A stretch of DNA of 63,987 nt, the filler included, from Reticulomyxa filosa (Eukaryota > Protista > Foraminifera), in the NCBI GenBank assembly GCA_000512085.1. It is 20 parts of 20 records of this genome, joined end to end, with 100 filler letters (N's around TTAATTAATTAA, not from the genome) between each part and the next. Parts side by side here need not be neighbours in the genome. Positions count along the whole stretch, not along the records: positions 9,094 to 13,851 come from ASPP01008656.1; positions 13,952 to 18,807 come from ASPP01032882.1; positions 18,908 to 20,099 come from ASPP01028232.1; positions 20,200 to 22,831 come from ASPP01012270.1; positions 22,932 to 27,256 come from ASPP01034958.1; 15 more parts are not named here. One strand, written 5' to 3'. The translations under genes were made by a program, and so were the position numbers. The notes beneath the pieces are model-generated. The model searched no databases. It saw only the letters and a list, made by a program, of their open reading frames with translations, and had not been told where the DNA came from. Of the stretch, positions 10,603-23,461 are shown piece by piece. How positions within the stretch are numbered: the first letter of the stretch is position 1; each line of letters begins with the position of its first letter.

Positions 10603-11498
10603 TCATTGCGCTAAAACCATCCAAGAAAGAGTGAGATAAAACAAAAGGACGGGGTATAATCCAAGTGCTTTCTTGGCCTCTGGTGTAAATTGAACCATAA
10701 ATCCAATAGACGCTTTCACAGCCCAGACAAAAGCAACAAGTACTATCAATCCCTTCATCAAATGACTTTTTAGCATCCAGTTGATCAATGATGCCAAGTT
10801 TAACGGAAACAAGCAGTATCCCAATACACACACACTTTGAAAAAACGAGCTATATCAATCACATGTCATACATGACAATACATTATGCCATATGATCCTA
10901 TTCTTTCATGTCCTGTTCGATAGCACAGATACACTTCTTAACATCTTTCCACCAAGTAGTGCAACGTTTAGAGTAACAACACCTGCTCCGCACCATACCA
11001 TCACGAATACTGCCGTAAATACTATTGCTGCATCTTGATCTGACTGTCCAAAGCTCATGGTACTTTCCACAGTTTTGTCATTTGTTTTTATGTCAAACGT
11101 CAATCAAAGAGAGAATATATGCATATACATATGTATATATATATGTATTGTCTATTTGTTTCTAGTAACATACCAAGCCAATGCAAGACACAATATCAAC
11201 GGCCCCCATAAATCCCCTATTAGATTTCAATCGATTGCATGGTCATTTGTATTCACAACAACACACTGATATAAAACAAACAGTTGCGAAGTTCTTTGTC
11301 TGTTGAGTAAGGCATCAAGACATGGCCAATTCGTACGCCAATTCTCCTGAGATCTCGTAGCTGTTGAAGCCAAACGTAAAAGCAGTGAATAAGTCACTTG
11401 TATTGTAGAAATTAACTCACTATAGTCTCAGAGACTGGCTCGTCCAAAGTTCCTTGGCCTACAGAGTGTATTGGAGTAATTTTATCGGAATTTATCAT
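10603..11498 (-). CDS. YIPF6: YIP1-domain Golgi protein, YIPF6-like (5 exons)
   Basis: Spliced product has TLDEPVSETI, LRDLRRIG, LRNWDLWGPL, VWCGAGVVTLN, SFFQSVCVLGYCLFPL and LYPVLLFY; four GT-AG introns restore the frame. Confidence 0.9.
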
Positions 11499-11883
11499 TA
11501 TTTATTGAAATGATCGAGGATCGAATGGAGAGGTCCAAAAAAATCTTCAAACCCAAAACATGCATCAATTATCTGTCCTTTTCAGATCGTGCAGTCTTAA
11601 TTGATGCGAAGCAAGAAATACAGCTTCGGTTGCGAGGTTTTGACAAAGAAGTACTTGTCAACAAAAAATAACTATTTGTATGAAAGAATGTTTCAAACTA
11701 ACACTACCTGAATTAATGATCATTATTACAACATATTACATGTTTTTCCACTGATTGCAAGAGTTTATGTTTTCTTTTTGTCACAAAATTTAAATTAATT
11801 TATTGTCGTTGTCAAAAAAAATTTAAGATATTTACAACTACACGTTATGTATTTTAATTTCTTACTTATTACTTCAGCATCGT

Positions 11884-12270
11884 TGTGTAGTGTAAGTCTC
11901 TATTCTAACTCTCGGAATACTGGAGTTCCCAGTGGGTTAAACTCTCACAAAAAACTTTCTTCTATCTTGTTTTCGTTCTTTTCCTCTTTGGAATTATTAT
12001 TATAATGTATGATAAAGTATATATATTATAACATTCAATGCTTGAAAACAAATATAAATTAAGTTTCAACTTCTATAACTATTATAAAAAGAGCGCTACT
12101 TAAATGTAATACGAAATGAACTTGTTACTGGAATAAATCTTCAATAAAACATAAGCAAATTAAATAAGGAAATAATCCACAAAATATAAGACATAAATGA
12201 AAACAAGGAAACAATAAAACTTTTTGTAAAAGTGAAGAAGGAAAATGTTTTATCAACAAAGATGTTTAAG
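11884..12270. mobile_element. Two degenerate LTR copies (3' half on minus strand, 5' part on plus strand)
   Basis: Minus strand TTTAACCCACTGGG...AATAGAGACTTA matches 4138-4198; ACTTAAATGTAATACGAAATGAACTT near 12098 matches the LTR 5' motif. Confidence 0.5.
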
Positions 12271-13951
12271 CCACTTATCACTTTAGTAATAGTTCGTTGC
12301 ATTGCGCCTCAATATGATAATAATAAGTAATTTTTAATATTTTAAACCAATACTAAGTGATCCTAAATTACGTGTTCGATAATTCGCGAAGCATCACATT
12401 TAGTATATCTTTCGCCTGTAAAAAAGTATGAACAACTACTACAATGATTTAATTAGTTTAATAAACTTTTCAAGATGTAACTTACTACTACATTTTTTTC
12501 TAGTGTTGTATATACAGTTTCGTCAATAACTACTCTACTAGTGTCACTTTCTATTTCCAACGTTTAAATGATAATACAAATCAGAGAGGTCAATGTGACA
12601 TTGTTTTTTGATCTACAAATTAGAATCGTAGTTTATAATTATTGTCCGAACATTAGCATTCCACTGTTGATCCACATTTTTTAATCAAGCTATTACAAAA
12701 CCAATTTTACAATTATAACATTTTTTTTTGTAAAAAGTAACTTTAAATAAAAATTTTCAAAAAGCACTAAATAATATTTGAATGAAATTCTTAATCTTTC
12801 AAAAATTTTTTGTGTTGGAAACACTTTTTCACTAGTTAGATTTTTGTTCAATAATTTTATGTACTGCTGTTTTCGTTTGTTAGCATCTTAATCAAATGTA
12901 CCATCCTTGTTTTTCATCATTTGATTATTAGTCACATTTATTCGTTTTTGTTTTTTTTTGTAAATTAGACTTGTGTATATCCACGTTATTAGAAGTAATG
13001 TATATGGATATAATCCGAAATATTTGTTAAAAATAGTGCGAAATAAAACAATTACTTTTTTAAATTTGTTCAAAAGCTACTTATTTCTTCAAATGACAAT
13101 TAAATATTTTACAACAAATAAACACAAACCAAATACAAGAATAGCAATAGTCATTAAATGTTGATAATGATATTGTGTTCAGTTTTTTGAATGATAATGT
13201 TATACGTATTAATGCTATTACAAAAAGATTACTAATTATTATGAAATCTGCACACATATTGCAATTGAATGAATGCTAGATTTTCACCAAACATATTATT
13301 ACATCTAGTTTGATTTGTACATTAGCGTTGCTAACAAACCTTTTTATTTCATTGCGTTTTTTAGAATACTGCGCTTTCTTGGGCAATGTATTTATTCAAC
13401 TCCGAAAAGATATCATTCACCACAATTTGAAAATATTCAGTAACATCTAAAGATCATTGTATTTAAACAGTATGATAATATACTGTTACAAATTTTTTTT
13501 CAATATACTGAGCAGGCATTACAATTCCATATGGAATTTCGGCTTTGTCTCAAAAAGTATTAATCGCATTTGGATTGGATTTTTAATACAAATGTATAAA
13601 AACATAAGAAACGGGAAAAGCTTTTTATGTGAGACAATTTTTATTCCGCTTCCGCGGCTTTTTTTTTTTAATGACGAAGCGGTTGAAGCAGATTTTCTTG
13701 TGTAGCGGATGAGAATTTGCTTTCAATGTTTCTAGCAAACAAGAAAGCAAAAAAAAAAAAAAAAAAGTTCATCAAGACTTTACTCTCTACACAGAGATTT
13801 GAGAATTGTGGGAGAAATAATGGCATGACTTTGTTTGCTTAAAAGAGAAAANNNNNNNNNNNNNNNNNNNNNNNNNNNNNNNNNNNNNNNNNNNNTTAAT
13901 TAATTAANNNNNNNNNNNNNNNNNNNNNNNNNNNNNNNNNNNNNNNNNNNN

Positions 13952-14930
13952 GGACGGATTTCACATCGTGCGCCCCCTCGCCCCCTCCAATGGAATCTAC
14001 TGCAAGAGTGGGACAATGTCAAGAGCATTGTCAATTATGCTTATGGCAACAACGACCAAATGCAGTCCGTTCTATCTTTTATTCATTTGGCAATTGTCCC
14101 AGCACATTGGACTGGTGTTGTGAGCGCCAATACTTGGGTACCGCTGCCGTGTTCCGCAATTTGATTTGGTATGCGCGATAGATCTAATACTATTGCGCGT
14201 TTGTTACGAAAAGTAACAAGGTTATACCAGTCGAGAATTTGATCGACTATTCAAAAGTCGCTCCATTATTTTGGAACAAGAAAAATGTTGGATATTGATA
14301 ACGTATGATGGCGCTGGGCACTGCTGGGTGGAACGATACAATATTTTACGTAAGCAGTCGAGCCCCCCATCCCCCTACTTTTCACATGGGCTTGTTGTTA
14401 TTTGGCCGGTCATTTACGCGCGCCTGTTCCAAGTCCTTGTTACCTATCGTTATAATCGTATTTGGGTCCATTGGTTGAAAAAGTTCTTATATATGTACAT
14501 TTTTTTATTATATATGCACGTATTCAATAATTAATAGCAATATCTTTATACGTATATTGATTGTTCATTTGTTATGTATGTAGTATGTGTTGCTTGAAAT
14601 TGTTTATAGGTGTTTCAAAATCTGACAATGAAATTTTGGAACGCGGATGGACAAATTTTTGCTATTTACATTGTCATTTATGCTGCAGCGAGTTCCCAGC
14701 AATGATGGCGACAGTGATAGCAACGGCAATGAAAGTACAAGTGGAAACATCATGGCCGAATTGTTGTGAGAGAAGTCCAATATATCGTCGAATCATGGGC
14801 CGCACTACAACGCAAACGTTTGTCATTTTTCCAATAAAATGTATTTGTTCATCATTGAACAAATTTCGTTTTTAATGACGGCGTTAATCAAATATGGACT
14901 ATGTATTACATTTTGAATTATGTACATTTT
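13952..14930 (+). pseudogene. Heavily frameshifted coding remnant, family not identified
   Basis: Raised GC and protein-like stretches in alternating frames, with multiple stops and a central intron-like segment. Confidence 0.35.
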
Positions 14931-15069
14931 GAAAAAGAAATTGAAGGTCCATCTGTAATGTGGCTCATGATTGGTTGAAAGTGAACTGATGATTTTATGC
15001 GCAACCTATATTACAAGTTATATGTTTTCTTATAATAATGTGATTGGAAAATAGTCGAAACATGTATAA

Positions 15070-16740
15070 TCAACACACTACATAACATAGGTCTTCAAAG
15101 AACACAATCTTGTTTACCATGCAATTGGAAAGAGGGTTGCGGTGCCAGCAAGTAAAGGTAAAGCAGTTGGAACAATGCAAAATTGGTGGCCATTCGATTG
15201 CAAGTATTGATACTTGTTTCAAGTTTTTTTGATTGAAAAATTTTTTTTGTGCGTGAGTGTAGTTTCTTTTTATTATTTTTAATAATTTCAATTCCTCCTC
15301 CAGTTCATCCGACATCTTTATCAAATTATGCTTATCGCAAAAAATTTCTGAGCTTTAATACTGTTCCTTTCTGTTATACGTATTCTTCTTCATCTACTAA
15401 TACTCGAAGTCTTTTTTTGCCAGGAATAAGAAGACGATAAAGAAAATAACTTGGATCGCAAGCGCTTTTGTTTCCAATTAATGTAAGAGAATGTTTTCGT
15501 CTATGTTTGATTTTTTTTTATTTCTTCAAGGCTTCAATGTGTGAAAGTTGTTCAAGTAGTAAAAAAAAAGCAAAAGTGTTTCAAAAAACAATTGAAAAAG
15601 TGATAAAGCAATGAAGAAAAACATTAAAAGATTTAACATTACTTTTGTATGTTGTACCCCAGGTGTTAGTGCATATAAGCCCATGCCACCACAATGTAAA
15701 CATTTTTTTTCATCACTATGTTTATTTTTTTTTTAAATATTCAGTTCACTTTCACCATACTTTTGAAGGTGTTGCCACAAGCTCGAACAGCCTCAACAAT
15801 GATGGACGTACATATTCGTTTCAATTTTCTAACATCGGTACAATATCGAAAGGGTTTACCTTGCTGCGCATTGCGTTCTATCAAGAAAGTGTCTTGTCTG
15901 CTGTTCCGTGCCAATGAATGACATTGCGATTATTTTTCTGCAGCTTATTCCATGATCCGGCGTGAGACACGCCTTAAAAATTTCATACTTGCGATATTTA
16001 TGCGATCGGCAATACAAGCACAACGCCGAAGTCGATTGTGTGGAATTCAAATGCGCCAGGATCTTCACTTGCACGAAAAAAGTTCACGAACTGTCTATTC
16101 AGCAAAAAATTTTTGCAATTGGGTACGAATCATGACACCACAACAACAGTGTTCACTATTTTTGTCTGTTTTTTTAAAAATATCTATTAAAAAAAATTTA
16201 TAGTCGAACAGTCTAGTTCAAAAAAAGAGGGAATTTATTTTTTCTGACGTTTCAAAACTTGTGGTGGGAACCCTTGTTCGGCGATCCATTAGAACCCACG
16301 ATATTGATATTCGTCATATAAACCATTACCGACTTGGCAGTATCCAAACAAATTGATGCGATGTTGTGATGTGTAGGTTTGAAAAACTGAAGAGACGACA
16401 AACTTATGTGACGGCAATCCGCCGTTTTCGCAACATCAATAAATGACTCCTTTTCAACAACAATCATCCAATACTGGAGATTGTCCGTCATGTCGCACAT
16501 GTAAAATGTTTCATGGTGATCCAAGTAGTCCAAATGCTCCTTATCTATCATTATCTCGGGCCATTCGCAAATATTCCTGGACATACTTCGGAGGGTGTTC
16601 GCTCTGGCTCATTCTCACTGAAGGTCTCTTTATCGTCTTTACTTTTAGAAGAAGGATCAAAGAGGAGATACACTCTTCTTCTTCTGAGGTTGAGAAACTT
16701 AAAAAATTGTATGTAGGACTGGATCTTATTTCTGACATTT
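15070..16740 (-). pseudogene. Fragmented multi-exon gene remnant of unknown family
   Basis: Consecutive minus-strand ORF pieces (16541-16807, 16252-16584, 15856-16074, 15070-15324) needing frameshifts to join. Confidence 0.35.
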
Positions 16741-17176
16741 TTCTTTGAAAAAGAAAAGGGGGATTTTTGTTGTCCTTAAGTACTGACAACAAACTATTTG
16801 CTAACATTTCTGAATTTGGAAAATCTTAGACATATTTAAAATTAAGTTCTATTGACTACGATAAATTTTAATGTTTTTCGATTGATTGCACACATAAATG
16901 AAATAAACATACATAATGTCACCAATTATGTGAATCGCATTTTTTATCAAAAAAATTATGTTTAGTTTTGTAGTAAGATTTTTTATTGCTAGAATATGAC
17001 AATATGAAATCATTTCTAATTGTTTGTTGGTGATAATTTTGAGTACATTTGTAGAGATACAAATTGGGAAATAAAATCACTGTATTGAATTTCCAACAGA
17101 TTTATGTTGTTCTAAGTTGGTACAAGGAGAATGTATGATCATTTTTTATTAATGAAATGTTTTTAAAATGCTAAAG

Positions 17177-18436
17177 TTAGTTTTCTTTTTTATAACATTG
17201 AGATTTGAGGGCCATGTGCGTCTGGTTAGCCATTAGTTCCAACGTAGCGGCATTCTGTTCCAACGACAAGTAAATATTGATTTTAAACTTCTTTTTGTTC
17301 ATGTTCGGGGACATTTGGAGTCTGATTTTTGACATTAGAGCCAAGTTCTTTGATTGGAGGCAAGGCAACCCCGGTGAACAACAAGCCTCTAATGGCTCTA
17401 TCCTTGTATTCGGAGTATGTCAAAAATGGTGTGTCACTCCCTTCGAAGGCATAGCCAGAGACATAACTCTCAAATGTCTTTAGGGTTTCGAGTGTCCAAA
17501 CCATTCTTTTTTTCCAGAATTGTATAATCTATATTCTACCCCCAATGGTCCAACCCATTCATTCAAATACAAGCAAAGAAATTTTTTTAAAAAGAAAAAA
17601 GTTTGAAGCCTTTTTAAAAAAAAAATTTGTTTATTTGGAGTGAGTAAAGTCAGAACCTCATTGAAATTGGACATGTTCTCTTTTTTCAATTGCTTTAAGA
17701 CCATTTCGATAACAGATTTTTGGAACAACGGAAATCTATTCACAATCACACAGGTGTCAGAGATTGCAACAAAACTTGCTTTTTATTTATTTATTTAAAT
17801 ATATTTATGTTTATGTATGTATGTAGTATACATACAATGATCTTTTTCAGCCAATAAAACACTGGACTGGAAAGGAAAGGAAATATTTTAGACAAGATTG
17901 AGGATTGTGAAGAACACTCTGAATATTAATAGGTTCCGTTATTTTGTCTTTGAAATATAGTGGTTTAGCATAAGTGCTTTTCAAAAAATTGATAAACAAT
18001 TTGTCACTATCACTCATTGTCAAATCATTATCATTTGATACATTTTTTATGATTGTATTTGCATTTGCATTTACATTTGTATGTATATTTTACAATAGTT
18101 TCACTTTGAGCCAATTGCGGTATTTGCACTGAAAACCAAAGCATATCTTATCTTCCACCTCTTTTCTTGACTCCACAAATGTTGTTTCCAATGCTCGTTG
18201 GTTCATTTTTTGCTCTTCTTTTTGGCTCTAAATTATCTCTTGTACTTGTCCATCCTTTTGCTTTGCGTCCGTTTCTCCGCTCGACTCCATATAAGCCTTG
18301 TGTTGAGAGTCCAGGAATTCTTGATATGCCTTTGAGTCCCTTTTTTTTCGTCAAACCTACTTTGGAAGATCTTGACTTTAAAGATCAATTACAAACTTTG
18401 TCCACGCTCATCAACTTGATCTCTCTCCACTATTAA
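17177..18436 (-). pseudogene. Fragmented gene with a possible CUE-like ubiquitin-binding segment
   Basis: IVNRFPLFQKSVIEMVLKQL...FNEVLTLL resembles the CUE FP...VI..VL...LL pattern; frameshift near 17490. Confidence 0.3.
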
Positions 18437-18907
18437 GGATTTTATGGGAGAATCCTTTTTTTAATTTGTTTTTTGATAACAAAAATTATATTTGCTAATT
18501 CGATTCCCACTCCTGGAATGTTCAGAAATTATGGCTGAAGATTTACATGTTTTGATAATGTATCATCAGATTGATTGTGTGTACATCTATACTGTGATTT
18601 TTCAATATCAAATATTTTTTTCACTTATGATAATTCTAAAAAAAAGTAAATCATTGATAACTTGTTATTCTTTATTTTTTTTTGGATAGTCAAATTGGCT
18701 CCATTGTTGTGATGATTTTTTGTAATTCCACGTACTGATTGTTATAGACAATCAATTTCGATTGATGAACAGAAGGTAATATTGTGGTGTATGATCGAAT
18801 ATCTGATNNNNNNNNNNNNNNNNNNNNNNNNNNNNNNNNNNNNNNNNNNNNTTAATTAATTAANNNNNNNNNNNNNNNNNNNNNNNNNNNNNNNNNNNNN
18901 NNNNNNN

Positions 18908-19400
18908 CATGAATCCTCTGCCGACCAGATCAAACTCAAAGACTTATCCCAAACTCAACACGTTCAGCATATGGAACACGTGTTCGCGGCCCTGCAACAG
19001 GCCATTGCACAAGCACCCAAAGATCCCCAGCAAAGACAGCAGTCCTTACAAGTATTGCGTGACAAGTTCGCCGCGGTGATGAAACTGTGCGAACATGGCA
19101 CCATTGGACACTTTGAATGGATCGACGGAACCCTTCAAGCTCTGAAAAGATGAGACTGGCTGCTCTTGGAAAATGTCAACTTTTGCAATGCCATTATGTT
19201 GGATCGATTGAATCCTTTGTTGGAGCCCAATGGCGTACTGCTGGTGAACGAGTGTGACTTGGTGAATGGAAAGCATCGTATTGTCGTGCCCCATCCCGAG
19301 TTTCGTATCTTCTTTACAATGAACAAAAAATTTGGGGAAATTTCTCGCGCCATGCGAAATCGATGTGCCTAGTTTGGTATCGTCGCTACGCTATTTGATA
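18908..19400 (+). pseudogene. MDN1: Midasin AAA-domain pseudogene fragment
   Basis: FEWIDG..ALKR*DWLLLENVNFCN..LDRLNPLLEPNG...PHPEFRIFFTM...GEISRAMRNRC; in-frame TGA at 19151 where Gly is conserved and TAG at 19370 where Glu is expected. Confidence 0.85.
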
Positions 19401-20199
19401 ACTTGGGGTGGATGACATGATGCTGTTTTCGGCGACACTTGCACAGGACTTGGCTGATGCTGCGGTGTTTGATAACGTTATGATGCAAGGTGTAAAGTGT
19501 GATTGATTTGTTTAAAGTATCGGGACAAAGAATTATGAAAATGATGATGAGAAATTAAGTGTTTTACGACAACACTGGGACACTAGATTGTATTATATGA
19601 ACTGCTATACTGCATTGCTAGAGTCTATCACGTATATCAAGCTCCGGATTAGGATAATGACCAATCAAAATCATAATTAATTGATATTTCGAATGTGATG
19701 GAGCGCTCTTTTGCTGGAAAATATTAAAAAGTTATAGATGCATATTTATATTTCCAAAAAAATTTCAAAAACTGATGTCGCTGACATTGGAAGGTGATCC
19801 ATTTGATATGTGAATTATACAAGAAGTAAAGTTTGTCTAGTAGTGACGAAGCATCAATCTGACATTGTACAATTTGACAGCAAGCCAATGTCAAAGCGCG
19901 AAATATGTAGATGCGTGTATGCTTCTAGCTCACCAATATAAGCAATATCAGCGTCCAACACAGCATATATTAGTGACTAGTGTATCAACGTGTAGATTAA
20001 AAGCAATTTAATTACCAGTATCAACATTCTAAGTAATACAAGAAATAATCAACTAATCAATGCATTGACTTTGTCAACATTGATATTGATTTTAACACTN
20101 NNNNNNNNNNNNNNNNNNNNNNNNNNNNNNNNNNNNNNNNNNNTTAATTAATTAANNNNNNNNNNNNNNNNNNNNNNNNNNNNNNNNNNNNNNNNNNNN

Positions 20200-20217
20200 A
20201 TTATTATTATTATTTTA

Positions 20218-20289
<72 letters not shown>

Positions 20290-20300
20290 CATTATTATTA
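20200..20300 (+). repeat. (TAT)n microsatellite
   Basis: Near-perfect trinucleotide run at the contig edge. Confidence 0.95.
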
Positions 20301-20961
20301 CCGTCCATTATATCTTCAATGTCTTTCATTTCTTTCAAATCATACAATCTTCTTTCTTTTTTTGCATCTGCACCTCCATGCATTCGGCGGAAATCAAGGT
20401 CGTCGTGAGATTCTCGACTGCTGTCGTCTCTCAATCCCGACATCACGAAATATGACTCGGTTCGTACATGCGACAAGTCCAATGACTTTGACAACGGGGG
20501 AACGCCATTGTTTATTGGCTTTTTATTATTCCCTTTGTCTTTCTCATTTACTTCGCTCTCGTTCGCTTGGCCTGATTTGTTTGCTTCTTGCGCATTTTCG
20601 CTGTCGTCTTTTTTTTTATTCCTTTTTTCTCTTTTTTCTTCCTTTTCTTTTCCTTCTTTTTCTGCTTTTTATCTTTCTTTTCTTTTTCTTCTTCTTCTTC
20701 TTCTGCTTTTTTTTCCATCTCCATTTGCTGAGTTGTCTTGTCTCCACTCTCCTTTCCAAAAATAGAACAAATGTCCTCAAATGTCAAACCGTAGATTTGA
20801 TTGCTGTTCAAAAATGAACATGTTTGCTGGTAATTCATCAGGTTTTTGCCAAACAGTAGCTTTCCCAAATGATCGAACTCATACATGTTCAAATATCCAT
20901 CTTGATCAAAATCTGATGCATCAAAAGCCTTTTTTAATGCACGGATCTCCATGCTCGCCAA
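20200..20961 (-). CDS. EF-hand protein with K/E-rich and poly-Asn tail (frameshifted or intron-containing; 3' partial)
   Basis: EF-hand loop DFDQDGYLNMYEF after LKKAFDAS; second degenerate hand GLTFEDI. Confidence 0.65.
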
Positions 20962-21123
20962 GCTAAACTTTCAGCTCTCTATGGTTAATTTTTTTTTTTT
21001 TATGATTAAAAAGTTCAGACAGTTTTCTGGACAATCTTTTTGTTTAAAACAAAAAATAAAAATGCTTAAGTTTGTAATTACTCAAAAGAGAAAGGAAAAT
21101 GCATGCAAGAAAAATTTCCACAC

Positions 21124-21333
21124 TGTAGGAAGTGAGAGGTAGCACCAAGTGTAATACGAAAGTAAGTACTAAAAGGGTTTTTGAAAAGAAAAACAAAAGT
21201 AGTTAAATAATAAAGAGATACACAACTGCTGAACAAAGAAATAGAAAACAGAAAAGTAAAGAATACAGTGAATGTTGAGGAAAAAGGGTTCCATCGTTCA
21301 TATGGAACTTCTCCTGTAATTAGTATTTCAACA
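21124..21333 (+). mobile_element. Degenerate solo LTR, same family as 3985-4203
   Basis: TGTAGGAAGTGAGAGGTAGCACCAAGTGTAATACGAAAG start; GGGTTCCATCGTTC matches GGGTCCCATCGTTC at ~4151; similar length; no TSD seen. Confidence 0.55.
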
Positions 21334-21439
21334 AAATATGAAAATCATGATAAAATTATTCTGCTAATTTTTCCACATTAGTGATCAATCATGTAAAAGG
21401 ACTTGCACTTCTGACTAAATTTTTGTGAATAGACCGTTC

Positions 21440-22130
21440 ATTTCAAAAAAATAAAACAAAAACAATATATACCCTTTTTCAAAGATATACAAACAAATTA
21501 ACCTGAAGCAGTTGCAGAAAGCTTTAAAAAATTTCATAAACAAAATGATAAGTGACAACAAATAGTTTTTAATTATACCCAAGTGCAATCTTTATAACAA
21601 ATTGTACTTAAGTGAAGATGCTGTTCATAATCTAGAAATAAATCGATATGTTCTCAAAAACGTTGACTTATCAGAAGCGGAAGAATCAATCAAGGAACGT
21701 CTCGGATACTACTGCTACAACGTAATAAAAGCAGAAAGGCTCGAACAAATGCCAATCGCCAAGATACTATTGAAAAATATAGAAGATGTCACCAAAATAT
21801 TAAAAGATAAAAAAGTCTGAATTTGATACATATACGTACACCAGAAGTATACAATAATAATATACGGCGTCCAAGAAGACACTTCAGACAATGTAAAAAA
21901 TGTTATAGTTTGAACCACATTGAATAGGACTGTAGCCGGAAACAAGTGTGCAAATTCTGTTGAAAACAAAATCATAAATTGGAAATTGCAAATTCAAGAA
22001 AAACACCTATGTATAGTATGCAAATAGAGACATCGAATTGATTCACTAATGTGTCCAAAAACACAGCAAGTCAAGGACATACAAAGAGAACTGGAAAAAA
22101 CTGACATCATATACTTGCATCAAACATAAA
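21440..22130 (+). mobile_element. Non-LTR retrotransposon ORF1 (Gag-like, zinc knuckles), decayed
   Basis: QCKKCYSLNHIE*DC followed by VCKFC...NH and a third C/H cluster, the triple-knuckle pattern of Jockey/I-type ORF1; several stops. Confidence 0.65.
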
Positions 22131-22559
22131 AGCTTCTTTTAAACACAAGTATAAACGTTTGTTAAATGTATTATTTTTTCTTGACAGTTTGATATATATA
22201 ATAAAAAATTTTTGTTAAAAAAAAAGGCATACACAAGAAAAATAGCTCAGCTAACGAAAACGTACAAGAAAATTTGAGATAAAAAAGAAAAAACAAATAT
22301 TGTCTTATTTATGAATTGAGTTATTAAAACTCTGGAGTCTGTTATGACTAATGTATCACTACATATCCCATAAAACAAATACATTCAAATTTTCCAGTTT
22401 TTCCAGTTCTGGCACGAGTTCATCGTTTTCAGACAGTGGCGATGAATTTTTTAAATTGTGCTTTGATTCCCTTCGAATTGTCTTTCCTTTGATTTCTTTC
22501 CTATTTCTCGAAATCTCTTCAGATGATACAGGTTTAGAATACTATGATACTTGGGGCTG

Positions 22560-22735
22560 ATTTGTCCAACAAACTTTGGTTGTAGTTTTGCATTGTTCCC
22601 GGTGCGTTGATCTCCAACGTATAATACTTTATCTCCAATAACAAATGAATGCATACGCATATCTTTATTTTCAAAACGTATTCTGTTACTGTTATAACGG
22701 AATTTTGCTATCTTTGCAGATTCAAGTATACATTC
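22560..22735 (-). mobile_element. Ty3/Gypsy integrase C-terminal (GPY/F) remnant
   Basis: FVIGDKVLYV...NAKLQPKFVG matches the F.xGD.V...KL.PKF.GP pattern. Confidence 0.65.
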
Positions 22736-22737
22736 TA

Positions 22738-22831
22738 CAGTAGATTGCAAAAAAAACTGCCATACCTAAATGGCACTATACAAAGAGAATCGATTTTCTC
22801 CATGAAAAATAAAGATTTAAACCTAATTTTT
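22738..22831 (+). mobile_element. Tc1/mariner terminal inverted repeat (cut by contig end)
   Basis: TA|CAGTAGATTGCAAAAAAAACTGCCATACCTAAATG; reverse complement occurs at 49630-49664 followed by TA, and at ~61684-61715. Confidence 0.8.
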
Positions 22832-23461
22832 NNNNNNNNNNNNNNNNNNNNNNNNNNNNNNNNNNNNNNNNNNNNTTAATTAATTAANNNNNNNNNNNNN
22901 NNNNNNNNNNNNNNNNNNNNNNNNNNNNNNNATTTTTTTTCTGAGTTTTTGAAAAAAAATATCAAGTTTAATGTTCATATTAAATTTTCATTATATTCAA
23001 GCAAAATAATTGATTTTTTTAATAAAAAAAAATATTGAAAAAATAAAAAATTTAATTAAAAAAATGTAAAATTTTCAGAAAAATGCGTCGTTGAGTTAGC
23101 CCACAAATGACCACTAAGTTGGATCATTTTTAAGCAACTGAGACACTAAATTCAGCCCACATTAGCGGTGCGCATGTATAGAGATGCAAGAAAGATAATT
23201 AGATAATAAAAAATGTTATAATTTATTTTTAAAAAAATCATTATTGAAAGACCATTATTTAAAAATCACACTTGTAAATATTTAAAGAAAATGTGACGGC
23301 TAGGAACACAAGGGGAACATTTTTCTGCCTGAAAGTTTTTTTTGATCTGTTCGCATAACTCTATTTGTCCATCAACTATGAGTAACGGCTTTGAGACGGC
23401 AAACAATGAGAAAACTTTGGGCGAAGTAAGAACTTAACATATACATTATATTGTGTTGTAG

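Noticed and set aside
13952-14300. Faint similarity to glucose-6-phosphate dehydrogenase (HLAIVP...FGMRD...HYFG)
   Set aside because: The EKPFG and RIDHYLGK motifs are not really present and the frame has stops; cannot be supported without a profile search
19151-19372. Stop-codon reassignment to explain in-frame TGA/TAG in midasin
   Set aside because: Intact genes here end in TAA (29429), TGA (32992, 10603) and TAG (52324, 55794) at homologous C-termini, so the code looks standard
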